A stretch of 64,000 bases of DNA from NCBI GenBank assembly GCA_023898525.1, contig CP060227.1, forward strand, positions 710,440 through 774,439, read 5' to 3'. The notes under the pieces were generated by a model. The model worked only from the letters and a program-made list of their open reading frames with translations. It made no database searches and had not been told where the DNA came from. This stretch comes from Candidatus Nomurabacteria bacterium. GTDB taxonomy: Bacteria; Patescibacteriota; Minisyncoccia; Phycocordibacterales; UBA918. Below, piece after piece: positions 9,953 to 19,011 of the stretch; the stretch's first letter is position 1; each line of letters opens with the position of its first letter. The translations under genes and the position numbers were made by a program.

Positions 9953-10741
9953 ATGATAGCGAAAGATTTGAAAATATTGACGAATAAAAAGATTTATATG
10001 GAACGAGTATTTAACTTAAAAACAAAAGATAACAAAAAGATCTATTGTTTTCACAACACTGGAACCAAAAAGAATAAGGCCGTAGCAGTGGCAGTGCATG
10101 GCCTTACAGGCAGTCCAAACGAAAGAAGCCTCTACAATGCAGCTCACAATTTCCCTAAAAAGGGTATAGATGTTTTTAGATCGGCATTTTACTGGTGGTC
10201 TGATAAAAAGCACCGTAAGTTAAGTGAATGCTCTCTAGCGACCCACGCTAATGACCTCAATACCGTTCTTAGATATTTACGACCCAAGTATCAAAATATT
10301 ACTGTTATAGGTCACAGTATCGGTAGTATTGTAATTTTAAAGGCAGATAAATCGCTTTTTGACAACGTTATATTATGGGAACCATCGTATTTGGAAAAAG
10401 GAATAAAGCAGGAGTTAAGTAAAATTTAATTTAACAACCAACACTTTTGGTTGGTTAGAGATAGTTTTGAATATTTGTTAAGTGGAGAATTTGTTGATGA
10501 GTGGGAAAAATTTAATGCTAAAAACGAACTGGATATTGTTAGTAAACTAGAAAAGCCAATCAAAATCATTGCTGCTAAAAAAGGAATACTACTTAAGGGG
10601 AGTAGAGCTTATTACAAAGCCGCCAAAGAACCAAAGGAGCTCACCATAATAAACGGTGCTACTCACTGCTTTGACGAAGAGGGGACAGAAACAGAGTTGT
10701 TGAAAGAAACGTTATCTTGGATAAAGAAATATTCTAAGTAA
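9953..10741 (+). pseudogene. alpha/beta hydrolase interrupted by an in-frame TAA (10427-10429)
   Basis: ORFs 9953..10429 and 10451..10741 are in the same frame with a single TAA between them. The N-terminal part carries the nucleophile elbow 'GHSIGS' and the C-terminal part carries the catalytic His 'ATHCFDE'. The hairpin AACCAAC-acttttg-GTTGGTT lies immediately after the stop. Confidence 0.55.
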
Positions 10742-10746
10742 CATAT

Positions 10747-10779
10747 GAAAACCCCGCGCCGTAGGTGCGGGGTTTTCAT
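10747..10779. terminator. bidirectional intrinsic terminator
   Basis: Stem CCCCGC(gccgtaggt)GCGGGG flanked by A-run and T-run; lies between convergent genes. Confidence 0.6.
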
Positions 10780-10805
10780 TTTATTTTACTTCCAATTCAT
10801 TTAGG

Positions 10806-11756
10806 TTAGAAAGGGTTCTTTGCTCCACGGACTTCAAAGTGAAGATGGGGGCCGGTAGATTTTCCGGTGCTACCCATGGCTCCAATAGTCTGTCCTTGGC
10901 TGACGTAGGCTCCGACTCCAACATCGTTTCGAGAAAGGTGGGCGTAGAGGGTTTGAGTGCCATTTTTATGTTTGATTACAATGTATTGACCATAGCCTCC
11001 GTTCCAACCAGAACTCTTAGAAACAATAACTTCACCGGCCGCAGCTGCTCTAATAGTTGAACCAATTGATCCAGCTAAGTCTACTGCGTTATAACCGTGA
11101 ATACCTTGTGTTTTTACTGCTCCGGGGGCTGGGTGAGTAAAGCCAGCGCTACTGGCGGAGGTAGAGCCGGAGGTTTTAGTCGGCTTAGCTGAAGTGGTTA
11201 TGGCCGGAGCTGAATGAATAGCACCACCAGGTACAACAATCACAGAACCAACTTCAAGTCCATCAGCGCTGGCCAATTGATTATAAGAAAGAATTTCTTC
11301 AGCATCACCCTCGTATTTTTTAGCAATTGAATTTATGGTGTCACCTTTCTTAACTACGTGACGAACTCCGGCTATTGGCAAAATGATCAAAGTTTGTCCG
11401 GCACGGATACTGGTGGCTTTAGTCAAATCGTTGGCCCAAAGTATAGTGTTTACCGTTACTCCATACATCTCGGCTACGTGTGACAAGGTATCGCCTTCGC
11501 GAACGGTGTAGATGCTGATTTCACCGTTTGAAGTGCGATTCAAGGCGATCACATCTTCACCAACTGGTCCGGAAGATACCAAAACTCCATCATCGACTAT
11601 TATTTCAGCTCCGCCACGTCCGCCAAGTGATGAATCAGGGGCTTGGTTGGCTGATAGTAAAGGAATATCAATTGGTGAAGTGGCTGCCGTGTTATTTGAA
11701 TCTGTTTCAAGTGGGGTAGTTGAAGATTTATCAAAAAAACCAGCCTTTACTGACAA
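10806..11756 (-). CDS. LysM-domain M23 family metallopeptidase (peptidoglycan endopeptidase)
   Basis: Two LysM repeats ('YTVREGDTLSHVAEMYGVTVNTILWAN', 'HVVKKGDTINSIAKKY') and the M23 motif 'GSTGKSTGPHLHFEV'. The annotated start is TTG. In frame upstream lies a hydrophobic segment 'YVFILSIIIIP' with no canonical start codon, so the true N-terminus is probably longer. Confidence 0.75.
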   Translation of the reverse strand: MSVKAGFFDKSSTTPLETDSNNTAATSPIDIPLLSANQAPDSSLGGRGGAEIIVDDGVLVSSGPVGEDVIALNRTSNGEISIYTVREGDTLSHVAEMYGVTVNTILWANDLTKATSIRAGQTLIILPIAGVRHVVKKGDTINSIAKKYEGDAEEILSYNQLASADGLEVGSVIVVPGGAIHSAPAITTSAKPTKTSGSTSASSAGFTHPAPGAVKTQGIHGYNAVDLAGSIGSTIRAAAAGEVIVSKSSGWNGGYGQYIVIKHKNGTQTLYAHLSRNDVGVGAYVSQGQTIGAMGSTGKSTGPHLHFEVRGAKNPF

Positions 11757-12209
11757 AGGAATTATGATTATTGAGAGTATAAATACATATTCAACTACGA
11801 CGCTTAAGTTCGAATACGGTGCTCTTTTATATGTCGTCTGATTGGTTTCTGAAGAATTGTTATTAGAATCAGACTCTTGAATGTTAGGTTGAATACTAAA
11901 TCTATTTAAGGACTCACCGCCACGCTGACACTACAGTAAATTTACCGGAAATAAAAAAGACGTAAAACGCCTCTTTTAAACTACTACCTTATCTAATTCA
12001 AGGTATGACTGTAATTTTACTAGACGTACAACCAATCGCAATTGACGAATTCACATTTTTCTTAGAAATTGTAGATAGGTCGTATTTAACTTTATTTTTA
12101 GCCTCGAAATATCTATTGACAAGTATGCGATAAAGTCTTGCAAAAATATGAGTCCAGGAACGCGTGATCAACAGGTTGTGAAGAGGGTGGCATGGTATAG
12201 TAGTGTTTC

Positions 12210-14168
12210 ATGTCTGATCAACCATATTTAGAAGGGCTAAATTCAGCTCAACGGCAGGCAGTTTTGGCTACTGAAGGTCCACTTTTAGTCTTAGCTGGTG
12301 CCGGCTCTGGAAAAACTAGAGTAATTACTCATCGGATTGTTCATTTACTCCACCAAGGAGTTGCACCGTATAACATATTAGCGGTAACTTTTACTAATAA
12401 GGCGGCTAAAGAGATGCGCGAAAGGGTTGAGGTTCTAATAAAAAAGTATCCACCCAGTGAGCGAGCGGTTATTGATGCTCTGCCAACCGTTGCTACATTC
12501 CATTCTTTGGGGGTGCGAATCTTGCGTCAATATCACGAAACTCTTAATTTGCGTCGTCATTTTACTATCTATGATCGGTCTGACAGTTTGCGTACGGTCA
12601 AAGCGGCTTTGGAGAGGGGTGGTTATAATCCAAAAGAGTTTGAACCAAAAAAGATCTTAAGTAAAATCTCACGAGCAAAAGGTGACGCTAAAACGATCAG
12701 TGAGCTGCGCGAGTCTGCCAAAAGTTTGCCTGACCAAGTAGCAGCTACTGTGTGGGGTCATTACGAAGATATCCTTAAGCAAGAGCATGCTTTGGATTTT
12801 GATGATCTTCTCACTAAAACATTATCTTTACTCCAAAACTATCCTAAGGTTAGGGAAGAGTTGCAAAATAAATACAAATACATTCACATTGACGAGTATC
12901 AAGATACTAACGCCGTGCAGTTTTCTATTGCCAAGCAGTTGGCAGGAGAGGTGAAAAACATCTGTGTAGTGGGGGATATCGACCAAAATATTTATTCTTG
13001 GCGCGGTGCTGACATAAAAAACGTCTTGCAATTTGAGCGTGAATTTGCTGGCGCAAAAACAATTTTGCTTGAAGAAAATTATCGTTCAACTAAAACTATC
13101 ATTGCGGCCTCAAATGATGTAATAGAAAAAAATAAAAACCGCGTGCCAAAATCGGTATTTACCAGCAATGATCATGGCGAAAAGATTACTCTCTATGCGG
13201 CTATGACAGGAATTGATGAGGCAGAGTACATAGCTATGACGGCGCAATCATTGATCGAAGAAGGGGTTAGTCCAGCAGAGATTGCGGTTTTATACAGAAC
13301 TAATTTCCAGTCCCGGGCTTTAGAAGAAGCTTTCTTAAATTGTGCTGTGCCATACCAGCTTCTTGGCACTAAATTCTACGAGCGTAAGGAGGTTAAGGAT
13401 GTTTTGTCTTATCTACGCCTAGCTCTAAATCCAGGTAGTACAGCTGATCTGGCTAGGGTTATAAATGAACCGACCCGTGGTATTGGTAAGGTGACAATGC
13501 TTAAAGTTATAGAAGGTCGGCGGTCAGAATTAACCGGAGCAACTCTTGAAAAAGTTAGTCGCTTTGATCAGTTAATGAGTGACATTGCAGATGAGGCTAG
13601 GACGAAACCTTTGTCTGAGACGTTAAAATTTATTATCAAACGGACGGGTATAGAAGCTGATTTAAAAAAGAAAGGGACAGAGGATGATTTGTCTCGCTTG
13701 GAAAACTTGCAGGAATTGGTCACTCTTGGCCAGCGTTACGATGAGCTTGGTCCGGAAGAGGCGGTTGAACAGCTCCTGGAAACAGCTAGTCTGCAAAGTG
13801 ATCAAGACGAATTGAAAGATAAGGATGAACATGATGCGGTACGTCTTATGACCGTGCATGCGGCAAAAGGATTGGAATTTTCTTATGTATTTATCGCTGG
13901 ATTAGAAGAAGGGTTGTTCCCGCATGAACGCTTGGATGATGCTGGGATTGACCATGAGGAAGAAAGAAGGTTGTTTTATGTGGCATTGACACGGGCTAGC
14001 AAGAAACTTTATTTAACTTACGCCCATATGCGCACTATCTACGGTAGTCAGCGGGTGAATATACCATCTTCATTTTTGAATGACATAAGTACAGAACACG
14101 TAGAAAGCGGTAACCCTAATGGTTATGGTGATTCTTCCGGCTACGAAACTACTATTTTTCTTGATTAA
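12210..14168 (+). CDS. pcrA: ATP-dependent DNA helicase PcrA/UvrD
   Basis: Walker A 'GAGSGKTRVITHR', 'VTFTNKAAKEM', 'DEYQDTN', and 'TVHAAKGLEF'; 652 aa. Confidence 0.9.
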   Translation: MSDQPYLEGLNSAQRQAVLATEGPLLVLAGAGSGKTRVITHRIVHLLHQGVAPYNILAVTFTNKAAKEMRERVEVLIKKYPPSERAVIDALPTVATFHSLGVRILRQYHETLNLRRHFTIYDRSDSLRTVKAALERGGYNPKEFEPKKILSKISRAKGDAKTISELRESAKSLPDQVAATVWGHYEDILKQEHALDFDDLLTKTLSLLQNYPKVREELQNKYKYIHIDEYQDTNAVQFSIAKQLAGEVKNICVVGDIDQNIYSWRGADIKNVLQFEREFAGAKTILLEENYRSTKTIIAASNDVIEKNKNRVPKSVFTSNDHGEKITLYAAMTGIDEAEYIAMTAQSLIEEGVSPAEIAVLYRTNFQSRALEEAFLNCAVPYQLLGTKFYERKEVKDVLSYLRLALNPGSTADLARVINEPTRGIGKVTMLKVIEGRRSELTGATLEKVSRFDQLMSDIADEARTKPLSETLKFIIKRTGIEADLKKKGTEDDLSRLENLQELVTLGQRYDELGPEEAVEQLLETASLQSDQDELKDKDEHDAVRLMTVHAAKGLEFSYVFIAGLEEGLFPHERLDDAGIDHEEERRLFYVALTRASKKLYLTYAHMRTIYGSQRVNIPSSFLNDISTEHVESGNPNGYGDSSGYETTIFLD

Positions 14169-14173
14169 ACTTA

Positions 14174-14212
14174 AGATTAAAGGGGCAAAACCTTCGGTTT
14201 TGCCCCTTTAAT
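14174..14212 (+). terminator. intrinsic terminator after pcrA
   Basis: Hairpin GATTAAAGGGGCAAAACC-ttcg-GGTTTTGCCCCTTTAATC. Confidence 0.65.
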
Positions 14213-14234
14213 CTTGTAATTCTATACCTATATA

Positions 14235-15113
14235 ATGTATGCTCAGCGTATGAATAGAAGTAAGGGTGGAGATAATGGTGTTGAAAATCAATCAGACAAA
14301 TTTGTTCACAAAAAATCTTTGGGGCAGAATTTTCTTACCAGTGATGTGGTACCTAGGTGGATGTGTGAAGCCGCTAAGTTAGAAGCGGATGATGTGGTTT
14401 TAGAAATTGGTCCGGGAACTGGTATGTTGACCAGAGCTATATTGGCTCATGGAGCGCGGGTAATAGCTATCGAAGCTGATCAGCGGGCGGTGGAAAGTTT
14501 GAATAATACTTTTACTGATTACGTAAAAGAACAAAAATTAACAATAATTCATGGTGACGTCAGAGAGGTTACTCCTAACAACCTTGGTCTTAAAGATCAT
14601 GGTTTTAAAGTTATCGCTAATATACCTTATTATTTGTCTGGTTATTTACTTCGGCAGTTATTGGAAACCGATATACAACCGATTAATTTGACCTTTTTGA
14701 TTCAGAAAGAGTTAGCCGAGCGGATTGCTCGCGACGCAAAAGAGTCGATTTTGTCATTGTCAGTAAAGGCTTTTGGTTCACCGGTTTATATTAAAACAGT
14801 CACTAAAGGGCATTTTAATCCAAAGCCAAGGGTTGATTCGGCTATATTGAGTATTTATGACATAAACCGTGACAGTTTTCAGGCCTTGGATCTCAAGTTG
14901 TTTTTTCGGTTGGTTCATCTTGGTTTGGGTAATAAACGCAAGCAATTGTTAAGTAACTTAAGTCGCGAGTATGACCGTCCATTGCTTACCTCAATTTTCT
15001 CTTCTTTGTCTATACCAGGTGACGTAAGGGGAGAGGATTTGTCCATAGAGATATGGTTAAGGTTAGCAAAAGAACTATCGACGTCGAGAAACGTTATCGA
15101 AACAGAGCAATAA
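14235..15113 (+). CDS. rsmA: 16S rRNA (adenine1518/1519-N6)-dimethyltransferase
   Basis: 'SLGQNFLTSDVVPRWM' and the SAM-binding motif 'LEIGPGTGMLT'. The true start is probably the internal Met (MNRSK...). Confidence 0.85.
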   Translation: MYAQRMNRSKGGDNGVENQSDKFVHKKSLGQNFLTSDVVPRWMCEAAKLEADDVVLEIGPGTGMLTRAILAHGARVIAIEADQRAVESLNNTFTDYVKEQKLTIIHGDVREVTPNNLGLKDHGFKVIANIPYYLSGYLLRQLLETDIQPINLTFLIQKELAERIARDAKESILSLSVKAFGSPVYIKTVTKGHFNPKPRVDSAILSIYDINRDSFQALDLKLFFRLVHLGLGNKRKQLLSNLSREYDRPLLTSIFSSLSIPGDVRGEDLSIEIWLRLAKELSTSRNVIETEQ

Positions 15114-15205
15114 CAACTAACTACAGAAAAGATTGTAGTCGTCTATACACAGAGAAGTAATTAGTACCGTGTGTTCCTGGTGTATTTACCTGCTATAATG
15201 TTTTT

Positions 15206-16108
15206 ATGCTGCAAAAACTAGACTCAAAAATTATTGGTGCCTCTGTTATCGGGTTTGCCATGGTGGCCGGTGCTTTAGTAATAAATAATATGAATAGAGA
15301 GGTCGCACAAACCCCCTCAGAAGATGCCTCGCTGGCGGTTGTGAATGAAGCTCCACCTCGTAACTTCATTGAAGTTAAAGACTCGAACGATGATGGTTTG
15401 GAAGATTGGCAGGAAGAGTTTTTGTCAGCAGACAAGATTGTTATTTCCAGTACAACTGAGAATTATACTCCACCGACCACGATAACTGGACAGATGGGTA
15501 TTACTTTAATCAGAGAATTGTTGTCATCTAAAGTCTATGCACCATTTGGTTCATCTAATGATGAAATTGTTGATGACTTAGTTACAAATTTAGCCGACAA
15601 AGCCAATGATAAAATATATGATCAGCGAGATATCACTGTCACAGACGATATGTCTGATGATAGTATTCGCAACTACGGTAATGCCTTAGCAGCAGCTATT
15701 ATTGATAATGGTGTCAAAGGAGCTGAGACTGAGTCTGTGGTTCTTCAACGTATTATAAATGGTCAAGATGATAACGGTATCGAAAAACTTCAGACCTTAG
15801 CTGATATGTACGAGAAGACATTAAATGATACGTTGGCTATACTGGTGCCACGTTCTTTTGTCAAAGAGCATCTTGATCTTATTAATGTTTATAATGCCTT
15901 ATTTTATGATGTTGATGCCATGGCTAAACTTGAAGAAGATCCAGCTTTAACCTTGATACGCATGAAGCGTTACGAAGATGATGTTAAGGGGTCTTACTAT
16001 GCTTTTCAAAATGTTTATTTGGCACTAGAAAAACACGTGGAGGTCTTTAAGGAAAATGATCCGGCAATTATCTTTATACAGTTTAGTCCGGATTTTAAAC
16101 GTCAATAA
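15206..16108 (+). CDS. hypothetical membrane-anchored protein
   Basis: N-terminal TM 'IIGASVIGFAMVAGALVINNM'; acidic extracytoplasmic domain; immediately upstream of the beta-helix gene A. Confidence 0.45.
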   Translation: MLQKLDSKIIGASVIGFAMVAGALVINNMNREVAQTPSEDASLAVVNEAPPRNFIEVKDSNDDGLEDWQEEFLSADKIVISSTTENYTPPTTITGQMGITLIRELLSSKVYAPFGSSNDEIVDDLVTNLADKANDKIYDQRDITVTDDMSDDSIRNYGNALAAAIIDNGVKGAETESVVLQRIINGQDDNGIEKLQTLADMYEKTLNDTLAILVPRSFVKEHLDLINVYNALFYDVDAMAKLEEDPALTLIRMKRYEDDVKGSYYAFQNVYLALEKHVEVFKENDPAIIFIQFSPDFKRQ

Positions 16109-16118
16109 ACTTGATATT

Positions 16119-17500
16119 ATGCCCACCCTCCACCACCTCCTCCAAACCACCCTCACCTTCCTCTTCACCCTCACCCTCTCTTTTGTCAGTGTATACATCC
16201 CTCAACCATACCACCAAGTCAACCACGCCGAAGCCGGAGTCGCCACCTTCAGTGGTCAGTTGATGGGTCTGGCCGAACAAGCCGTCAGTGCCGCCGCCAA
16301 CGTGATGTCAGCGGCTATTGAGTCGGTCATCAGATTCAAGGAACTAGTCTGGGACCCCTTAGCCTGGAGTGTGGCCAAGGGCATGATCGCTGTCATGACT
16401 GCCAGTGTGGTCAGGTGGATCAACTCCGGTTTCCAAGGTTCCCCCGCCTTTGTCCAAGACCTGGAATACTACCTCTCCCGGGTTGGAGACCGAGTCTTTG
16501 GTGAATTCGTCAACGAACTCGGTATCGCCCCCTTTGTCTGCCGCCCCTTTAGACTTGACCTCCAAATCGCCCTCAACATCGGCTACCAAAGACACTACCG
16601 CGCCGGTTACCCAATTGGCGCCACCTACTGCAGCCTCGAAGGTGCTCTTGCCAACATCGACAACTTTGTTAACGGTAGCTTCAATGACGGTGGTTGGGAC
16701 ACTTGGTACACTGTCACCACCAGACCCAACACCTATACCCCCTATGGTAACTTCCTCTCCGTCAGTGGTGAAGCGGCTCTCAGAATCAACAACCAACAAG
16801 TTAACGCCACCCGTTTCCTAAACTTCGGTGACGGTTTCATGTCCAAAGCCATCTGTTCCCAAATCCCCATCATCACCGGCGGAGCGATTACCAGAGAACG
16901 TTGTGCTGTCTCTACTCCGGGACAAGTCATCAACCAAACTCTTAACCACCACCTTGGGGCCGGTCTCGACAGCCTCATCGCCGCTGATGAGATCGGTGAG
17001 ATCATTGGTGCTCTGGTGGGCCAACTGGCACAAAAGTCCCTGGAAGGCGCGGCCGGACTCCTTGGTCTCTCTGGTGGTACCGGCTACACCGACCCTAGCT
17101 ACGGTACCTCCTACCTGGATGCTGCTATTACCGAACAAACAGCCAGTTCTGCCGAAGCGGCTATCATCACCAACGCCAGCTCCACCAACGCCTACAACCA
17201 AGCGGCCAACCAAGCCGAACAACAAGGACAACAAAGAGCTGATAATGCACAGGCGGGAGCGGATAGTACGACGAATACTGGTAATACCGAACAACTATTG
17301 CAACAACTGATAGACATACTGGGAAGCGGAACTGTGATCACCCCAACTGACCCTAACACCACCACCCCACCAATTGGTCTTAGTGGTCCAATTGGACCGC
17401 AACCAATCACTGCTACTCCACTTTCCAGTGGTACCATCTTCGCTGCCCCTAATGGTTCCGGTACCGCTTGCTCTGAGGCGATGCCGTGTGATATTTGGAC
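16119..17500 (+). repeat. 1382-nt segment nucleotide-identical to 55368..56749 (N-terminal module of the beta-helix genes)
   Basis: Hand alignment over the leading bases shows identity beginning at the ATG (constant offset 39249). Identity ends after 'gatatttggac' (17501 g vs 56750 t). The embedded six-frame sub-ORFs (e.g. 16359..16799 = 55608..56048) translate identically. Confidence 0.85.
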
Positions 17501-18470
17501 GGCTATTGGTAAGGCAGGGGCGGGAGATGTGGTATTCCTAAGAGGGGGAACTTATCAGGTAACACAAAACATTCCTTTCTATAAACAAGGTACAGCCTCT
17601 AATCCAATAGTATTTGAAAGTTATCTGGGAGAGAAAGCGGTGTTTGACGGTAGTCAGCATGCGAAGGGGACTGGTGTACTTATACGAGTAAACGGAAAAT
17701 ACAATGTTCTTAGAAATATCGAAATTAGAAACATGCCAAGAGAAGGTATCTTTATAGAAGGTACAGACAATATATTGGATGGTGTATATGTTCATGGTAG
17801 CACCCTAGATGGCATCAAAGTCTTTAGTCCATACGCCAACTATCCGTACGGACAATACGGCTCTCGCAACACCATCCGCAACTGTATTGTCCACGACAGT
17901 TCTGATGCTGGATTAACCAGCGCCGGATTTGCTGACGGTGGACAGGCTGATGGTGTGTCAATAGCCTCTGGTGACAGTAACCGAGTGGAACATTGTTTGG
18001 TCTACCACAACTCTGATGACGGTATAGATGCTTGGCGTTCTACCAACACCTACTTTGGCTATAATATTGTTAGCTCTAACGGTATTGCTAGTGGTGACGG
18101 GAATGGTATTAAGGCCGGAAGTTCACAAGGTCAAAGCTTCAATACTCTGGCTGAACGTAATATTGTCTACTCTAACCGGGCTACTGCTCTGGACTATAAT
18201 GGAGGTACTAATGCTACTTTCCGCTATAATACCACTTGGCAAAATGGTCAAGCCCACACCTTCGGCGACGCTATCAATTCTGCTACTGCCAACATCTCCT
18301 CTAACGAACCTCTTGGCTTCATCTCCTCTGGCGCTCAATCTAAAGTCACCAACAACTCCTGGCAACGCTCTGGCACCGTCCAGTTCATCAGCACCAACCC
18401 AAGCTCACCAGACTTCTTAAGACCAACCGTGGGTGGAGGTTTTGAGGACATTGGAGCGTATGCGCAGTAG
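16119..18470 (+). CDS. large surface protein A: signal/TM anchor, conserved GC-rich N-terminal module, and right-handed parallel beta-helix C-terminal cassette
   Basis: Start set at 'MPTLHH' (ATG 16119) to match the paralogue at 55368. PbH1-type repeats ('NCIVHDSSDAGL', 'HNSDDGIDAWRSTNTYFGYNIV'). The cassette is bounded by '...GTIFAAPNGSGTACSEAMPCDIWTA' and the C-terminal tail 'NNSWQRSGTVQFISTNPSSPDFLRPTVGGGFEDIGAYAQ'. Confidence 0.75.
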   Translation: MPTLHHLLQTTLTFLFTLTLSFVSVYIPQPYHQVNHAEAGVATFSGQLMGLAEQAVSAAANVMSAAIESVIRFKELVWDPLAWSVAKGMIAVMTASVVRWINSGFQGSPAFVQDLEYYLSRVGDRVFGEFVNELGIAPFVCRPFRLDLQIALNIGYQRHYRAGYPIGATYCSLEGALANIDNFVNGSFNDGGWDTWYTVTTRPNTYTPYGNFLSVSGEAALRINNQQVNATRFLNFGDGFMSKAICSQIPIITGGAITRERCAVSTPGQVINQTLNHHLGAGLDSLIAADEIGEIIGALVGQLAQKSLEGAAGLLGLSGGTGYTDPSYGTSYLDAAITEQTASSAEAAIITNASSTNAYNQAANQAEQQGQQRADNAQAGADSTTNTGNTEQLLQQLIDILGSGTVITPTDPNTTTPPIGLSGPIGPQPITATPLSSGTIFAAPNGSGTACSEAMPCDIWTAIGKAGAGDVVFLRGGTYQVTQNIPFYKQGTASNPIVFESYLGEKAVFDGSQHAKGTGVLIRVNGKYNVLRNIEIRNMPREGIFIEGTDNILDGVYVHGSTLDGIKVFSPYANYPYGQYGSRNTIRNCIVHDSSDAGLTSAGFADGGQADGVSIASGDSNRVEHCLVYHNSDDGIDAWRSTNTYFGYNIVSSNGIASGDGNGIKAGSSQGQSFNTLAERNIVYSNRATALDYNGGTNATFRYNTTWQNGQAHTFGDAINSATANISSNEPLGFISSGAQSKVTNNSWQRSGTVQFISTNPSSPDFLRPTVGGGFEDIGAYAQ

Positions 18471-18586
18471 TGTTCTAAAGAATAGTGAACTATTACTTTA
18501 ATATCTGTGAGTGGTGTGATATATTTAAATAAGGAAAGTTGTTTGTGTTTCCTGCTCCTTTGACTATTTTTTTTGTGGAGGTTATC

Positions 18587-18742
18587 ATGAATAAGAAAAC
18601 ACAAGGCGGTAGTGGTGGTGCTTTTCGACCTAATAATGATGGTATTTCGTCAAGCATCCCCGGGTTTTTAGGTTATGGTGGCTCAGCTTATGTTTGCGAT
18701 TGCGGACAGTGCGGATATTGCCAGCAGAAGGCAAAAACTTGA
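18587..18742 (+). CDS. small Gly/Cys-rich peptide (51 aa), a possible secreted/bacteriocin-like or zinc-ribbon peptide
   Basis: RBS GGAGG (18577-18581) lies 5 nt before the ATG. Peptide 'MNKKTQGGSGGAFRPNNDGISSSIPGFLGYGGSAYVCDCGQCGYCQQKAKT'; two terminator hairpins follow. Confidence 0.4.
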   Translation: MNKKTQGGSGGAFRPNNDGISSSIPGFLGYGGSAYVCDCGQCGYCQQKAKT

Positions 18743-18763
18743 TTAATCGGCCTATTAAGAGGA

Positions 18764-18849
18764 AATCTCGGCTGTTTCGGCAGTCGAGATTATTTTATTT
18801 GTGGAGGGGTTTACCCCGCAAAAAGACAAAGTCTTTTTGCGGGGTAAAC
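18764..18849 (+). terminator. tandem terminator hairpins
   Basis: Hairpin 1 is AATCTCGGCTG-tttcgg-CAGtCGAGATT followed by a T-rich tract; hairpin 2 is GTTTACCCCGCAAAAAGAC-aaa-GTCTTTTTGCGGGGTAAAC. Confidence 0.55.
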
Positions 18850-18851
18850 GG

Positions 18852-18880
18852 TTGCCGAATATCTCTAAATACCGTATAGT
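18852..18880 (+). promoter_or_regulatory. sigma70-like promoter upstream of fusA (TTGCCG-17nt-TATAGT)
   Basis: -35 at 18852-18857, -10 TATAGT at 18875-18880, and a ~130-nt leader before fusA. Confidence 0.3.
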
Positions 18881-19011
18881 ATCGACGTTAAGCCTATTTG
18901 GCTTTTTCTTTTCTCCAAGACCACGCATTTGTGTTCTGTTGGTATGAAAGGGAGTATCACATTATTAATAGATACATATATTAAGTATTAAGTAATTTTT
19001 TAGTAAATTTT

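Noticed and set aside
10427-10429. Stop-codon reassignment (TAA as sense) to explain the two in-frame TAA interruptions
   Set aside because: Conserved genes in the window (rpsO, rplC, tuf and others) terminate with TAA at the expected positions, and long conserved proteins show no internal stops, so the standard code 11 applies.
16359-17437. Antisense and alternative-frame ORFs inside the beta-helix genes (16359..16799-, 16405..16821+, 16818..17294-, 16828..17310+, and their duplicates at 55608..56559)
   Set aside because: They lie entirely within a long, well-supported coding frame. The GC-rich module simply has few stop codons in all frames, and their duplication mirrors the nucleotide repeat.
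18694-18879. 61-aa ORF overlapping the peptide-gene terminators
   Set aside because: It spans two terminator hairpins and a promoter, has no RBS, and its Arg-rich sequence reflects the hairpin GC content.
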